Part shown: positions 15,893 to 25,604 of the stretch, piece after piece
Layout: every line of letters begins with the position of its first letter
How positions within the stretch are numbered: position 1 is the first letter of the stretch
NCBI GenBank assembly: GCA_035514255.1
Contig: DATKBG010000202.1
Coordinates: 1 to 36,303 of the forward strand
DNA length: 36,303 bases
Source of the DNA: Acidimicrobiia bacterium
GTDB taxonomy: Bacteria; Actinomycetota; Acidimicrobiia; Spongiisociales; UBA11373
Reading direction: 5' to 3'
The notes under the pieces: model-generated
What the model saw: only the letters and a program-made list of their open reading frames with translations
Told to the model about the DNA's origin: nothing
Databases searched by the model: none
Program-made: the position numbers and the translations under genes

Positions 15893-16447
15893 ATGGCCAG
15901 GATCGCCATCATCGGAGACGGACCAGGAGGTCTGAGCGCCGCTCTCTTCCTCGCCAAGAACGGCCACGAGGCGCTGGTCTACGGCGACGACAAGACGGCG
16001 GTTCACTACGCCCATCTCCACAACTACCTCGGAGTCCCCAACACGGGGGGCACCGACTTCATCGACATCGCACGCGCTCACACCGAATCCCACGGCGCGC
16101 GCTTTCTGACCGAGCGCGCTCGCGACGTGGTCCCCTCCCCCACCGGACTCTCCGTCATCTCCGAGTCTGATGAGACGCAGGCCTTTGACTACGTCGTCCT
16201 CAATGAGGGCAAGACCCCGGTCATCGCCACCGCCCTCGGACTCGAAGTGGACGACTCCGGCGCGGTGCTGGTGGACAGCGAACAGCGGACCGGCCTCCCC
16301 CGCGTCTACGCCGTCGGTCGTATGACCCGGCCCAAGCGGAGCCAGGTGGTCATTTCTGCCGGTGCCGGTGCCGTCGCAGCCCTCGACATCCTCGCCACCG
16401 AAGCTGGCGAGGACATCCAGGATTGGGACACTCCCCCCAAGGACTGA
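15893..16447 (+). CDS. Short FAD-binding oxidoreductase (thioredoxin-reductase-like fold, about half length)
   Basis: The N-terminal dinucleotide motif is IAIIGDGPGGLSAALF, and a C-terminal FAD motif-like VYAVGR is present. It is 184 aa with no cysteine. Confidence 0.7.
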   Translation: MARIAIIGDGPGGLSAALFLAKNGHEALVYGDDKTAVHYAHLHNYLGVPNTGGTDFIDIARAHTESHGARFLTERARDVVPSPTGLSVISESDETQAFDYVVLNEGKTPVIATALGLEVDDSGAVLVDSEQRTGLPRVYAVGRMTRPKRSQVVISAGAGAVAALDILATEAGEDIQDWDTPPKD

Positions 16448-16453
16448 CCGGGC

Positions 16454-17389
16454 TCAGCCCTCCGGCGGCACCGGGGGCTCGTACGGTGCTGTTCGCTGCG
16501 CCTCGACCGCTGCGTAGTTCGGCCCCTCGACGAGAGCGGCGAACACCACCAGGCGCTCACGGGAGGAGTACTTCGGGTGACAGGTGGTGAGGGTGAGCCA
16601 GGCGCCGTCACGCCCGTTGACCACCCAGATGTCGGTCGGAGCCACCACGAGCGACGACACCACCCTGTAGCGATGCCGCCCGATCGTGGTCTCGACGATG
16701 ATCTCATCCCCTTCAGACAGCTCGTCGAGCCGGTGGAACGGGGCACCATAGGTCGTGCGGTGACCGCTGAGTACCGCGTTCCCGGGCTGCCCCGGCAAGG
16801 GGGAACCGGGGATGTGCCCGGGACCCTTGCGAAGCTCGGCGGCGGAGGTCCCTTCCACCACAACCCAGTCGAGACCGAGCGCCGGGATCTCGATGCGACC
16901 GAGCGGGTCGCCGCGCAGCGGGGACAACTCGGCGATGGCGTCGCGTATCGGGGCGGCGGGCGACAGATCGGCGGGGTCGAACAGCAACACCGGGATGTCA
17001 TCGCCGTCGGTGAACGCACCGACATCCACCTCCTGATGACTCACCGGGCCGGTGTCGAACACACCATCGACTTGGCCAGCGGCGGCGAGTCGCTGGCGCT
17101 CAGCGAAGCGTTCGGTCAAGCGCTCTTGCTCCTCGCGAGCGACCGCGTTGGACACCGCCAGGTCGATGGCGACGCGGGCGATCACGCCAACTCCAAGCAC
17201 GATGAACACGACCCCCGCCACGAGCAAAATTAGGCGCCTCCGTGAGCCAGATGGTCGTACGCGGTGTTGGCTCCCAGGGAGCGCGGTCGGTGGCGCGCCC
17301 CGCCCCTCCCCCGACCCTGCCGATGTTTCAGCCGACGACGTCGGTTCCGCTCCGCGCTCTTCCACCCTTCTCAGCGGCTCATCAGGCAT
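16454..17389 (-). CDS. Class E sortase (transpeptidase)
   Basis: It has an N-terminal TM segment, LSGHRTTYGAPFHRLDEL, and catalytic Cys and Arg in LTLTTCHP ... RERLVVFA. Confidence 0.85.
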   Translation of the reverse strand: MPDEPLRRVEERGAEPTSSAETSAGSGEGRGAPPTALPGSQHRVRPSGSRRRLILLVAGVVFIVLGVGVIARVAIDLAVSNAVAREEQERLTERFAERQRLAAAGQVDGVFDTGPVSHQEVDVGAFTDGDDIPVLLFDPADLSPAAPIRDAIAELSPLRGDPLGRIEIPALGLDWVVVEGTSAAELRKGPGHIPGSPLPGQPGNAVLSGHRTTYGAPFHRLDELSEGDEIIVETTIGRHRYRVVSSLVVAPTDIWVVNGRDGAWLTLTTCHPKYSSRERLVVFAALVEGPNYAAVEAQRTAPYEPPVPPEG

Positions 17390-17486
17390 GTCTCCGAGTG
17401 TATGAAGGCCTTGAACGCAACCGGAAGACCGACGCCAGCCTTTCGGGGGGCGGGCTCCTTTGCCTTTGACTCCGGTTCGAGATCCC

Positions 17487-18494
17487 TCAGTACATGATGG
17501 TTGGGGTCAGGTGATGCGGCCAGTGCGTCGTGTGGTACACGCTCCACAGCCGATAGTCCACATGCGGGATGATCACGGCCCGGCCGGCGGGACGCCGTCG
17601 ATTGATCGCATCGGTCAGCAAGGCGGTGGCGTAGACGGTGTGGATACGGATCTCGATCTCGTCGTTCGAGTCGCGCTCGATGATCTCGCCGGCACCGATT
17701 CGACGGTCGAGATCCTCCGAGTAGTCGAGGATGCCCATCACCCGGAGCGCCACCGGCACGATGTAGTCGGCAAACGCCGTCAGCCGGTCCAACCCGCGGA
17801 TGTCGAGGCCGCGTTCGGGGCCGATGGTCAGATGCAGGGACCACAGTGCCAGTTGGGCGAGCTTGTGGAACACGACCGTGTGCTCCTTATACGCGCTGCG
17901 GTCGTCGAAGCGCGGGAACTCGACGATCAGCCGCTCCAGCAGGCCGTCGCCGTCGGCGTAGACGGCTGGCGCGCACGACTGGATGAACCGATGGAATCGC
18001 CCCCCGTAGCGCTCCTCGAGCACCGCCCCGACGTCGTTCAGGACCGAGGCACGCTCGTCGAGCATCGGCATCGACACCGTGCCCTGGAATATCCGATCGA
18101 GGTCATCGACGGTGACCGTGGCGAGATAGCCACCGTCGAGCATCGGAGTGCCACCCCGCCAAGCGCGGTGAAGGCACGCATGCATCGCCTCGCTGTCGGA
18201 CCAGGTGCCACCCTCGTAGTCGACCTCGAACCGCTGACCGCTGGTGAAGTCGGTGAAAGCGAAGTCGAGCACAGCCTTCAGCATGACCCCATCGATCTGA
18301 TCCCCGACGGTGTCGCCCCACGAGAAGGGCCCGCTCGGCCCTCCCTCGGGTGGCGCAAATGGCTCGTACGCCATCCAGTCGGCGACCAACTCGACGCCTT
18401 CCAGGTTGGTGCGCACGGTGTCGGTGAGATCGGCGACCGGCACCACCGACTCGAGAACGGGCATGTCCCATGCCCTGACTCTCTCCGTAGGCAC
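17487..18494 (-). CDS. Queuosine salvage family protein (DUF2419, Qng1-like)
   Basis: It has the characteristic TAFADYIVPVALRVMGIL.Y...L...I..GE.I...S.EIEIRIHTVYA and a terminal HH...T block. Confidence 0.72.
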   Translation of the reverse strand: MPTERVRAWDMPVLESVVPVADLTDTVRTNLEGVELVADWMAYEPFAPPEGGPSGPFSWGDTVGDQIDGVMLKAVLDFAFTDFTSGQRFEVDYEGGTWSDSEAMHACLHRAWRGGTPMLDGGYLATVTVDDLDRIFQGTVSMPMLDERASVLNDVGAVLEERYGGRFHRFIQSCAPAVYADGDGLLERLIVEFPRFDDRSAYKEHTVVFHKLAQLALWSLHLTIGPERGLDIRGLDRLTAFADYIVPVALRVMGILDYSEDLDRRIGAGEIIERDSNDEIEIRIHTVYATALLTDAINRRRPAGRAVIIPHVDYRLWSVYHTTHWPHHLTPTIMY

Positions 18495-18535
18495 CCGATC
18501 CTCCCCTTCTCTGCCGGCTGACAGCGGCCGCTAGG

Positions 18536-19492
18536 GTGCCACACATCGTGACCCCCACGCGTCACCCACCTCGGATCGCCGTCGTCGGTTCCACGAACAT
18601 CGACCTGGTCGCCTACACCTCGCGAGTTCCCGATGCCGGCGAAACCATCATCGGGGAACGGTTCGCCATGGGATTCGGGGGTAAAGGAGCCAACCAGGCC
18701 GTCATGGCCCGGCTACTCGGCGCCGAAGTGGCCATGGTCAACTGTGTGGGCAACGACCCATACGGGAGGATGACACTCGACAACTTCGCCGCCTTTGGCG
18801 TCGACACCTCGCATGTACACACGGTCGACGGAGCGAGCGGCGTCGCTCCGATCTGGGTGGAACCCGATGGCACCAACCGGATCATCGTGATCCCCGGGGC
18901 GAACGATGCACTCACCCCCGAGCAGGCGGTCGCCGCCATCGAGAATCTGGCTCCGATCGACGTCATCGTCGGGCAGTTCGAGATCCCCCAGGCGGTGACC
19001 GCCGCCGCCTTCGCCGCCGCCCGGAACGCCGGGGCGACCACGATTCTCAATCCGGCACCCGGAGCCGGGATCGACCCTTCTCTCCTCGCCGAGACAGACT
19101 GGCTGATACCGAACCAGGTCGAGCTCGGTCAGGTGACCGGAGCGACCGTGGCCTCTGATGCCGACCTGGTGACCGCAGCCGGGCAGCTCGGATGTCGCCT
19201 CCTGGTCACGCTCGGCGAGGACGGCGCCGCACTGGTCGCCGACGGTGCCGTGTACCGCTACCCCGCACCGGCGGTCGCTGCCGTCGATACGACCGGTGCT
19301 GGCGATGCCTTCGTCGGGTCGTTCGCCTATGGCCTTGCCTCGGGATGGGACGAGTCGCAGGCGGTCACCCTCGGCGTGATGTGCGCCGCCGACAGCGTCA
19401 CCCGTCACGGAACCCAGACCTCATTTCCCAGGGACGACCGGATAACGAAACTCTTGACCGCAGCTTCGGAGGCAGCCTCGACCCCGGGTTGA
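18536..19492 (+). CDS. rbsK: Ribokinase (PfkB family)
   Basis: It has VVGSTNIDL, GGKGANQAV and DTTGAGDAFVGSFAYGL. The start is GTG 18536 or GTG 18548. Confidence 0.85.
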   Translation: MPHIVTPTRHPPRIAVVGSTNIDLVAYTSRVPDAGETIIGERFAMGFGGKGANQAVMARLLGAEVAMVNCVGNDPYGRMTLDNFAAFGVDTSHVHTVDGASGVAPIWVEPDGTNRIIVIPGANDALTPEQAVAAIENLAPIDVIVGQFEIPQAVTAAAFAAARNAGATTILNPAPGAGIDPSLLAETDWLIPNQVELGQVTGATVASDADLVTAAGQLGCRLLVTLGEDGAALVADGAVYRYPAPAVAAVDTTGAGDAFVGSFAYGLASGWDESQAVTLGVMCAADSVTRHGTQTSFPRDDRITKLLTAASEAASTPG

Positions 19493-19573
19493 GGCCCATC
19501 AGCGACCTTCGACGTCGACTCGAGCGCGCCCGGGAGCGAGAAGGTGTGCGCCGGCGCCGCTCGACCGACCACA

Positions 19574-19972
19574 ATGGATGTCATGCTCTCCATCGGCACC
19601 ACTGTTCTGGTCGTCCAGGACCTCGAGCGAGCAGGTTCCTTCTGGCGCCGGGCGCTCGGGTATGTCAACCGCCGCGAGCCGGGCGACGATTGGGTGATCC
19701 TTGACCCTCCTGAAGGGCAGCCCGGGGCGTCACTCGCCCTCAGCGTCACCGGAGCGCCGCACAGCTATCCCCCGCGTATGCACCTCGACCTGTACGCCAA
19801 AGACCACCGGGCCGAGATCGACCGCCTCGTCGAATTGGGGGCTCGCCACATCGAGTGGAAGGGATACCCGCCCGGTGCCGACTACGTGGTCCTCGAGGAT
19901 CCCGAAGGCAACCGATTCTGTGTGGTCGACGCCCCGCACTGGGATCCGATCGCCCGCAAAGACCACGGCTGA
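19574..19972 (+). CDS. VOC/glyoxalase-family protein
   Basis: It has a beta-alpha-beta-beta-beta type pattern: VLVVQDLERAGSFW ... HLDLY ... VVLEDPEGNRFCVV. Confidence 0.75.
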   Translation: MDVMLSIGTTVLVVQDLERAGSFWRRALGYVNRREPGDDWVILDPPEGQPGASLALSVTGAPHSYPPRMHLDLYAKDHRAEIDRLVELGARHIEWKGYPPGADYVVLEDPEGNRFCVVDAPHWDPIARKDHG

Positions 19973-19983
19973 GACGGGCGAGG

Positions 19984-21204
19984 TCAGACCACGCCGTGCG
20001 AGTGGGAGCTACGGGCGAAGTCCTCGGTGGCAAACGCCGCCGCCAGCCAGGTGGTGATAGGCACCGAGGCCACCAATCCGATGCTCCCGACAAGGGTCCG
20101 CACAGCCTCCACCGCCACGACCTCGCTGTTGAGTACGGTCCCCAGCGACTGCTCGGCGAGCACGAAGAAGATCATCAGTGGCATCGCTGCTCCGGCGTAG
20201 GCGAGCAGCAGGGTGTTGACCGTCGACGCCACGTGGTCGCGCCCCACCCGCAGACCGTGCCGCATCAGGGCGACCCGTCCCAGATCCGGGCGCACCCAGT
20301 GGAGCTCCCACACGGCCGATGCCTGGGTGACGGTGACGTCGTCGATCGCCCCGATCGCTCCGAGCACGATGCCGGCGAGGATGAGGCCGGCGGGGTCGAT
20401 CCCGGCGATCGTGAGGATGAAGGCCTCGTCGGTGATCAGCCCGGTGAAACGGGCGGCTTCGACCACAAACCACGACAGCATGGCCGTGAGACCCAAGGCG
20501 AGGAGCGTGCCCAACAGGGCAACCGTGGTCATCCGGTTGAACCCGTGGGCGGTGTACAGCGCCACGTAGGCGATGAGTGATGCCCCCACCACCGCAACCA
20601 GCACCGGCGGCCGGGCATCGAGGATGGCCGGAATCACGAACTGCAGGAGGACGAAGACGGTGGCGATCAGTCCGAGGAGGGCGGCGAAGCCCCGCAACCG
20701 TCCCAGGAGGATCACCACGGCGGCGAACGCCAGAGCCACCCATAGGAGCACCGGGCGCCGTTGTCGGTCGGCGTAGTTGTAGCGGAACTCCGGTTCGGCT
20801 CCGGCCTGATACTCCAGCACCACCCGGTCTCCGGGGACGAACTCGGGTGCGGTCTCAGCCACCACGAAGGTCAACGGGAACACCTGGCCTTCATCCGGCC
20901 CTTGCGTGAGGCGGAAGGAGATGGTGGCGCACTGCAGAGCCTGCTCAGGAGCCACGCCCTCGCAGGGATTGACGTCAACGGTCTCCGTTACCGCCTCGTA
21001 CACAGTGGCGTTGACCCCGATGACGGAGAGGTCGGGTTTGCTCTCGCCCGTCGGGCGGAGCAGGAGAACACCGAGAGCCGTGGCCACGCCGACAACGGCG
21101 ACGATGATGATCGGCAGGGCCCGCAACACGGCTCTGCTCTCCGGCTCGAGGAAGCGGTCGAGGTCAGGGTGACCCGAGCCCGCGGATGGTGGGTCGGTAC
21201 TCAC
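19984..21204 (-). CDS. YibE/F-family integral membrane protein
   Basis: An N-terminal TM segment and extracytoplasmic domain are followed by multiple TM helices, with AIGAIDDVTVTQASAV characteristic of YibE/F. The GTG start overlaps the upstream stop (GTGA). Confidence 0.75.
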   Translation of the reverse strand: MSTDPPSAGSGHPDLDRFLEPESRAVLRALPIIIVAVVGVATALGVLLLRPTGESKPDLSVIGVNATVYEAVTETVDVNPCEGVAPEQALQCATISFRLTQGPDEGQVFPLTFVVAETAPEFVPGDRVVLEYQAGAEPEFRYNYADRQRRPVLLWVALAFAAVVILLGRLRGFAALLGLIATVFVLLQFVIPAILDARPPVLVAVVGASLIAYVALYTAHGFNRMTTVALLGTLLALGLTAMLSWFVVEAARFTGLITDEAFILTIAGIDPAGLILAGIVLGAIGAIDDVTVTQASAVWELHWVRPDLGRVALMRHGLRVGRDHVASTVNTLLLAYAGAAMPLMIFFVLAEQSLGTVLNSEVVAVEAVRTLVGSIGLVASVPITTWLAAAFATEDFARSSHSHGVV

Positions 21205-21407
21205 GCGCGAGCCCGCACGACCAGGTGATCGAGTAGATGCCGGCTCGAGGCGGCGATCTCTGCGACCGCCTGCTCGAACACCTCATGGTTGGCTCTCGAC
21301 GGCTCCCGAAAGCCAGAGATCTTGCGGACGAACTGGCGCGCTGCCGCCTCCAAGGCGACATCCTCGGGCCGCTCCTCCCCTCTCAACTGAACAATGCTCC
21401 GGCACAC
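21201..21407 (-). CDS. DUF2277-family small protein
   Basis: It starts (GTG)CRSI and contains ALEAAARQFVRKISGFREPSRANHEVFEQAV.EIA ... LLD.LV, matching my memory of the DUF2277 consensus. The rest of track ORF 21201..21917 is R/P-rich. Confidence 0.68.
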   Translation of the reverse strand: MCRSIVQLRGEERPEDVALEAAARQFVRKISGFREPSRANHEVFEQAVAEIAASSRHLLDHLVVRARA

Positions 21408-21559
21408 GGTGATATCCCTCCTCGCTGTCGGCTCGCAACCTACATCCTGCCGCCGGTCCGCCAGTACTGAGCGCGACTCCTCGCGCCCCGGCGAGACGCA
21501 CCGGATCCATGCGCAGGCGCAGGAAACCGGGGACGGCGAGCATCCAGGCAGGCTACCCG

Positions 21560-21910
21560 TCAGGCGTCGGCACCCACCGGCTCCGCTTCGACGCTGTCGT
21601 CGGCGGCTTCCTCCCGCACACACACCTGGTCGGCGACGAGCTCGATGCGGCTGCGCCGGCCATCCGACCCGCTCCAGAAGCGTCGCTGCACCGACCCCGC
21701 GGCCCACACTCTCGTGCCGGGCTGGGGATCGGCATCGATCAGCTCGTCGGCCGGATCCCACAAGGTGATGGGAAGGACGTCGACACGGCGATGTGGCTCT
21801 TCTGAGCGCACGGTAACCAGGTAGCGAGCGAGCCTCGCACCACTTTCGAACTGGCGTATCTCGGGCGGGGCGGCGAGGCGGCCGGACACCACCATGAGGT
21901 TCAGATCCAT
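21560..21910 (-). CDS. Single-stranded DNA-binding protein-like (OB fold only)
   Basis: It reads MDLNLMVVSGRLAAPPEIRQFESGARLARYLV ... ITLWD ... GTRVWAAGSVQRR ... IELVADQV. It has no C-terminal D-D-(I/L)-P-F tip. Confidence 0.68.
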   Translation of the reverse strand: MDLNLMVVSGRLAAPPEIRQFESGARLARYLVTVRSEEPHRRVDVLPITLWDPADELIDADPQPGTRVWAAGSVQRRFWSGSDGRRSRIELVADQVCVREEAADDSVEAEPVGADA

Positions 21911-22022
21911 TGCACACTCCATCGATCAGTGGGGAGTGCGGGTAGTGACAAGGTATGGCGCGGGGGTGACACGAATGGGCCGGTCACCCGCCCCGGGCCG
22001 CCCGCGGCGGTATCGTCGCTTC

Positions 22023-22946
22023 ATGCCCGATGTGTCGGTGACACCACTGGGACACGACCTGTACCAGATCGATGCCTTCATGCACGACGAGGAGCACCGC
22101 CTCGCCTGCTACCTGTTCGACACACCGAACCGGGTGCTGATCGAGTGCGGGCCGTCGAGTTCGATCCACAACCTCTACGACGCGCTCGCCTCCATCGGCG
22201 TCGACGACGTGGCGGTGATGGCCGTCTCCCACATCCACCTCGACCATGCCGGGGGTGCAGGACACTTCGCCGCGCGCTTCCCGAACGCTCGTATCGGCGT
22301 CCACGCCAAAGGTGCGCCCCACCTGAGTTCGCCGGACCGCCTGTGGGCCAGCGCCGAACGCATCTACGGGACCGAGGGAATGCTCCGTCTCTGGGGCACG
22401 ATGGAGCCCGTGGATCCCGACCGGTTGCTCATCCTCGACGAGGGAAGCCGAATCCCGCTGGGAGGTCGACGCTCCGTCGAGGTGATGTACACGCCGGGTC
22501 ACGCCAAGCATCACATCGTGTTCTTCGAGGACGACAGCGGCGGATGCTTCATCGGCGACGCTGTGGGCATCGCCTTCCCGCACGGCCACATGGTCCAGCC
22601 GGTCACTCCCCCACCGGACTTCGACCCTCATCTGGTCGACCAGCAACTGGCCCGTATCGCCCTTCGCGATCCGGCGTTCCTGGGGTTCGCCCACTACGGC
22701 GTCCGGGAGGAAAGCACCCAACACCTGCGCCAGGCTTCGGAACGGCTCTGGGACTGGGTTGGGTGGGTGGAGGCGGCCGGGGTGGAGCGTGATCTCACCG
22801 CGGCAATGCGGGAGTGGGTCCTCACCGGGTACCGCAACGAGGGGTACGACGAGGAGACGATCTCCCAGTACGACCGCAACACCTTCTGGCCGATGCAGGC
22901 ACAGGGCATCCAGCGCTGGTTGCAGGTGCGCCCGGGAGACTCCTGA
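22023..22946 (+). CDS. MBL-fold metallo-hydrolase
   Basis: It has the HxHxDH motif SHIHLDHAGG and a downstream TPGH. Confidence 0.8.
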   Translation: MPDVSVTPLGHDLYQIDAFMHDEEHRLACYLFDTPNRVLIECGPSSSIHNLYDALASIGVDDVAVMAVSHIHLDHAGGAGHFAARFPNARIGVHAKGAPHLSSPDRLWASAERIYGTEGMLRLWGTMEPVDPDRLLILDEGSRIPLGGRRSVEVMYTPGHAKHHIVFFEDDSGGCFIGDAVGIAFPHGHMVQPVTPPPDFDPHLVDQQLARIALRDPAFLGFAHYGVREESTQHLRQASERLWDWVGWVEAAGVERDLTAAMREWVLTGYRNEGYDEETISQYDRNTFWPMQAQGIQRWLQVRPGDS

Positions 22947-23101
22947 GCCACGGAGGGCGAGCGAGAGGATCCACACGGGGACCCTCAAGCCGATGCAGGA
23001 CTCAGATCTCCTTCATCGGCTGCGCTCATTCGATCGGATTAGGTTGGGGGCGTCTACCCGGACCGAGTGGGACCGGGGGGAGCGTTCGGAAGGGGACATT
23101 C

Positions 23102-23545
23102 GTGGTTGCAACCGTACGACAAAACCTTGAAAGCATTGAGCATGCATTTGAGGCCTACAACTCCGGAGACATAGATCGGTACGCACAAACCTACGCCGAT
23201 CCGGTTGTGGTCGTCGATGCAGCCACCGGCGAGCGCCGGGAGGAAAAGCGGGCCGACGGAATCGCGGGGACCCGAGGGTTTCTCGACTCGTTCCCCGATC
23301 ACCAGTGCACGATTCTCCGCTTGACCGCCGAGGACGACCGTGTGGTCGCCCGCTATGTGAACGAGGCCACGCACACCGGACCCGGCGCCTTTGGCGAGCC
23401 GACGGGAGTCCGCGCGATCTGGGGAGCGTTCTCCGAGTACCGCTTCTCCGACGGGATCGTCGTCGAGGTCTCTACCGTCAGCGATGTGTACTCGCTGGTG
23501 AAGCAACTCGGTTTCTCTGTGACGCCGCCGACTTCCGACATCTGA
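23102..23545 (+). CDS. SnoaL-like / ester-cyclase (NTF2 superfamily) protein
   Basis: It has the pattern NLESIEHAFEAYNSGDIDRYAQTYA ... TH.G ... G.PTG ... FRF.DGKIVE. GTG 23102 is preceded by GGAAGGGGA. Confidence 0.62.
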   Translation: MVATVRQNLESIEHAFEAYNSGDIDRYAQTYADPVVVVDAATGERREEKRADGIAGTRGFLDSFPDHQCTILRLTAEDDRVVARYVNEATHTGPGAFGEPTGVRAIWGAFSEYRFSDGIVVEVSTVSDVYSLVKQLGFSVTPPTSDI

Positions 23546-23587
23546 CCTGGCGCGCGACCCGGATCGTCGCCTCGGCACTGCTGAGCC

Positions 23588-24373
23588 TCAGTCGGGTTTC
23601 GCGACCTGCGACTCAAGCGCGTCCAGCCCCGGGAAGGCCGGGTCCGCCTCCTCGATGGCCTCGCGTAGTCGGCGCGCCGTAGCCGTGTCACCGAGGATGC
23701 CGGCTGCACGCGACGCCACGTACCACACGCGCAACTCGCTTTCCGTCGGATCCGCAGTCAGGCGCTTGGGGTCGGTGATCTCCCAGGCCCGCCGTGGCTC
23801 ACCGCGGTCGATCAGGTGAGAGGCGTACACCACTCGAGCCTCATCGCGGGTCTCCGGAAAGGCGTCGAGGCGCTGAAGTTGCTTCCACACCTCGTCGATC
23901 TCGGTCGCAGGCCGGTCCAGCGCCCGCAGGGCGTCGATCTCGATCGGGATGTGGAGGGGCTCACCGGTGAGCCGCCGGAAGACCCGCAGCTCTCTCAGGG
24001 TCACATCCCAACGCCCGAGCCGGTACGCAGACAGGGCGATGAGCTCACGGACGGTGGCGTCGCGCGGCGACAGCGCCTTCGCCGACTCGGCTTCGGCCAT
24101 CGCCTTTCCATAACGGCTGGCGGCGAACGCCCTGGCCGCCAGTTCGAGGTGTTCGATAGCCGCGGCGAGACGAACCTTTGGCGTCGCCCGGGTGAGTGCC
24201 TCGAGAACCCATCGCGGGAGCCCACCTTCGGCCGCCCAGGACCGACGGGGACCAGCCGCGGCCGGGCGATCCACCCGATCGACGGCCTCTGGCTTCCTCG
24301 CCGGGGGGGTTCGGGTGGGCTTGTGCGGCGGTCCAGACCGCCGCCGGCGCGGCGGGTCCTTCTCTCCTGGCAT
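23588..24373 (-). CDS. Hypothetical protein with a basic Pro/Arg-rich N-terminus and a helical repeat (TPR-like) body
   Basis: The ORF has protein-like composition and lies immediately downstream of the rRNA operon hairpin. Confidence 0.55.
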   Translation of the reverse strand: MPGEKDPPRRRRSGPPHKPTRTPPARKPEAVDRVDRPAAAGPRRSWAAEGGLPRWVLEALTRATPKVRLAAAIEHLELAARAFAASRYGKAMAEAESAKALSPRDATVRELIALSAYRLGRWDVTLRELRVFRRLTGEPLHIPIEIDALRALDRPATEIDEVWKQLQRLDAFPETRDEARVVYASHLIDRGEPRRAWEITDPKRLTADPTESELRVWYVASRAAGILGDTATARRLREAIEEADPAFPGLDALESQVAKPD

Positions 24374-24416
24374 CGCAACGCCTCCTCGTCACCGGATCGT
24401 ACAGGGGCCCGGACGC

Positions 24417-24449
24417 GATCGGGCCGCCCCAGTGCGGGACGGCCCGATC
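24417..24449 (-). terminator. Hairpin downstream of 5S rRNA (10-bp stem GATCGGGCCG / CGGCCCGATC)
   Basis: Perfect inverted repeat with a 13-nt loop, about 10 nt past the 5S 3' end. There is no U-tract. Confidence 0.4.
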
Positions 24450-24458
24450 ATCGAAATA

Positions 24459-24575
<117 letters not shown>

Positions 24576-24851
24576 CTTCGAATGCTCATCCCTGAGCACT
24601 CCATAGCGAGCACGCACGTCTACGAATTCGATTCAAGCCCTCGACCGATTAGTACCGGTCGGCTGAACGCATTGCTGCGCTTACACCTCCGGCCTATCAA
24701 CCTGATGTTCTGTCAGGGGTCTTACCCGCTTGATGCGGTGGGAGATCTCATCTCGGAGCCGGCTTCGCACTTAGATGCCTTCAGCGCTTATCCGTTCCGT
24801 ACGTGGCCAACCAGCCGTGCCTTTGGCAAGACAACTGGCACACCAGAGGTA

Positions 24852-24883
<32 letters not shown>

Positions 24884-24910
24884 CTCTCCTCAAATCTCCT
24901 GCGCCTGCGA

Positions 24911-24942
<32 letters not shown>

Positions 24943-24961
24943 AAACCCAGCTCGCGTACCG

Positions 24962-25037
<76 letters not shown>

Positions 25038-25549
25038 CCCTTGCCGTCGATATGGACTCTTGGGCAAGATTAGCCTGTTATCCCCGGGGTACCTTTTAGC
25101 CGATTAGCCATGGCGCTTCCACATGCCACCATGGGATCATTAGGCCCTGCTTTCGCATCTGCTCGACTTGTAGGTCTCGCAGTCAAGCTCCCTTGTGCCC
25201 TTACGCTCAACGCCCGATTGCCAACCGGGCTGAGGGAACCTTTGGGCGCCTCCGTTACACTTTAGGAGGCCACCACCCCAGTGAAACTGCCCGCCAGGCA
25301 CTGTTCCTGATCCGGATAACGGACCGAGGTTAGAAGCTCAGTATGTCAAGGGTGGTATTTCAAGGTCGACTCCACGAAAGCTAGCGCCTCCGCTTCCAAG
25401 TCTCCCACCTATCCTACACATAACAGACTAAACTCCAATGCCAAGCTGCAGTAAAGGTCCCGGGGTCTTTCCGTCCTGTCGCAGGTAGTGAGCATCTTTA
25501 CTCACACTGCAATTTCGCCGAGTCCGTGGTCGAGACAGCGCCCAAGTCG

Positions 25550-25604
<55 letters not shown>

